This document shows positions 63,347-64,000 of a stretch of DNA of 64,000 nucleotides, piece by piece. The DNA comes from Deltaproteobacteria bacterium (GTDB lineage: Bacteria; Myxococcota_A; Polyangia; Polyangiales; Houyiibacteriaceae): positions 1 to 64,000 of the forward strand of contig JAXMNT010000015.1 in the NCBI GenBank assembly GCA_034670305.1, read 5' to 3'. A program made the translations under genes and the position numbers. Positions within the stretch are counted from its first letter, which is position 1. Each line of letters begins with the position of its first letter. The notes beneath the pieces were generated by a model. The model was not told where the DNA came from, ran no database searches, and saw only the letters and a list, made by a program, of their open reading frames with translations.

Positions 63347-64000
63347 ATGGGAACGCGACCTGGGCAGCCTGAACTTCCGACCATCGACGTGCGCGAGCAT
63401 GGCGCCAGCCGTGGCGAGCGCGAGCAGACGATGGATCGTCGCTTGTTCATGCAGTTGCTCGTCGGACGCGCACCGGCGGGGGTGGACCCCCAGCGGTTTC
63501 ACGATGCGTTCGAGAGTGCGCTCGAAGACGAAAAGCGGCTGAGCGCGGTTGTCTACGCAGACGTCAGCGACCCGCGCGGCTTTGGCCTTCTGACCTGGAG
63601 CGAAGACCCGACGTACTTCGTGGAACACGTCCGGCCCATCTTCCGGCGGCAACACCTGCAGGAGCTCGAGATGCGTCCGGACATGACGATGTTCGGACGG
63701 ACCTACTCGGTCGGCTACGAGCAGAACCTGCCCTTCTGGCTGCTCCAGAAGCCCGTCGACACCGTCACCAACGCGGAGTGGCCCTGGGCGGTCTGGTACC
63801 CACTGCGCCGCCTCGGCGCGTTCAACCAGCTCGACGCCAAAGAGACCCGCGGCATCATGGGAGAACACGCGACCATCGGGCGGGCGTACGGCGCGCAGGA
63901 TTTGGCCCACGATGTTCGGCTCGCGTGCCACGGCATCGACCAGAACGACAACGAGTTCGTCATCGGGCTCGTCGGCAAGGAACTGCACCCGCTCAGCCAT
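63347..64000 (+). CDS. Chlorite dismutase/coproheme decarboxylase-family protein (partial, runs off window)
   Basis: Own translation: DRRLFMQL...WAVWYPLRR.GAF..L......IMGEH..IGRAY...CHGIDQNDNEFVIGL; absent from ORF track because it has no stop. Confidence 0.85.
   Translation, partial: MGTRPGQPELPTIDVREHGASRGEREQTMDRRLFMQLLVGRAPAGVDPQRFHDAFESALEDEKRLSAVVYADVSDPRGFGLLTWSEDPTYFVEHVRPIFRRQHLQELEMRPDMTMFGRTYSVGYEQNLPFWLLQKPVDTVTNAEWPWAVWYPLRRLGAFNQLDAKETRGIMGEHATIGRAYGAQDLAHDVRLACHGIDQNDNEFVIGLVGKELHPLSH

Overview
High-GC bacterial chromosomal segment, most consistent with a Myxococcota (Polyangia/Sandaracinaceae-like) genome. That assignment is inferred from three Hanks-type Ser/Thr kinases, Cys-rich lipoproteins, an RpoH-like sigma factor, a CsgA-like SDR and PilZ/GGDEF-EAL genes. 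About 52 CDS are supported. They include trpBA/trpF, korAB, an orphan TRAP dctQM pair, speE-nudC, cysE, MATE, DPP-IV, hutG, a penicillin acylase, a GMC oxidoreductase, rarA and a partial chlorite-dismutase-family gene missing from the ORF track. I see no rRNA, tRNA, CRISPR array, integrase or transposase. The most striking unexplained structure is a family of period-6 repeat tracts. Seven intergenic tracts keep a CGG every 6 nt on the + strand while the other three bases vary. Several show the ordered layout (GGHAGC)n-(TTCGGC)n-(GGGCAM)n, ending in telomere-like G-quadruplex motifs. Reverse-orientation copies form acidic protein linkers. Other candidates: pervasive leaderless-type promoters, sigma54 promoters on c-di-GMP genes and the sigma factor, a dispersed 22-bp repeat, a structured RNA leader before a basic orphan gene, stop-codon micro-duplications, short-linear-motif protein tails and a CxxC/zincin fusion. 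All family assignments are from motif recognition by eye; no searches were run.
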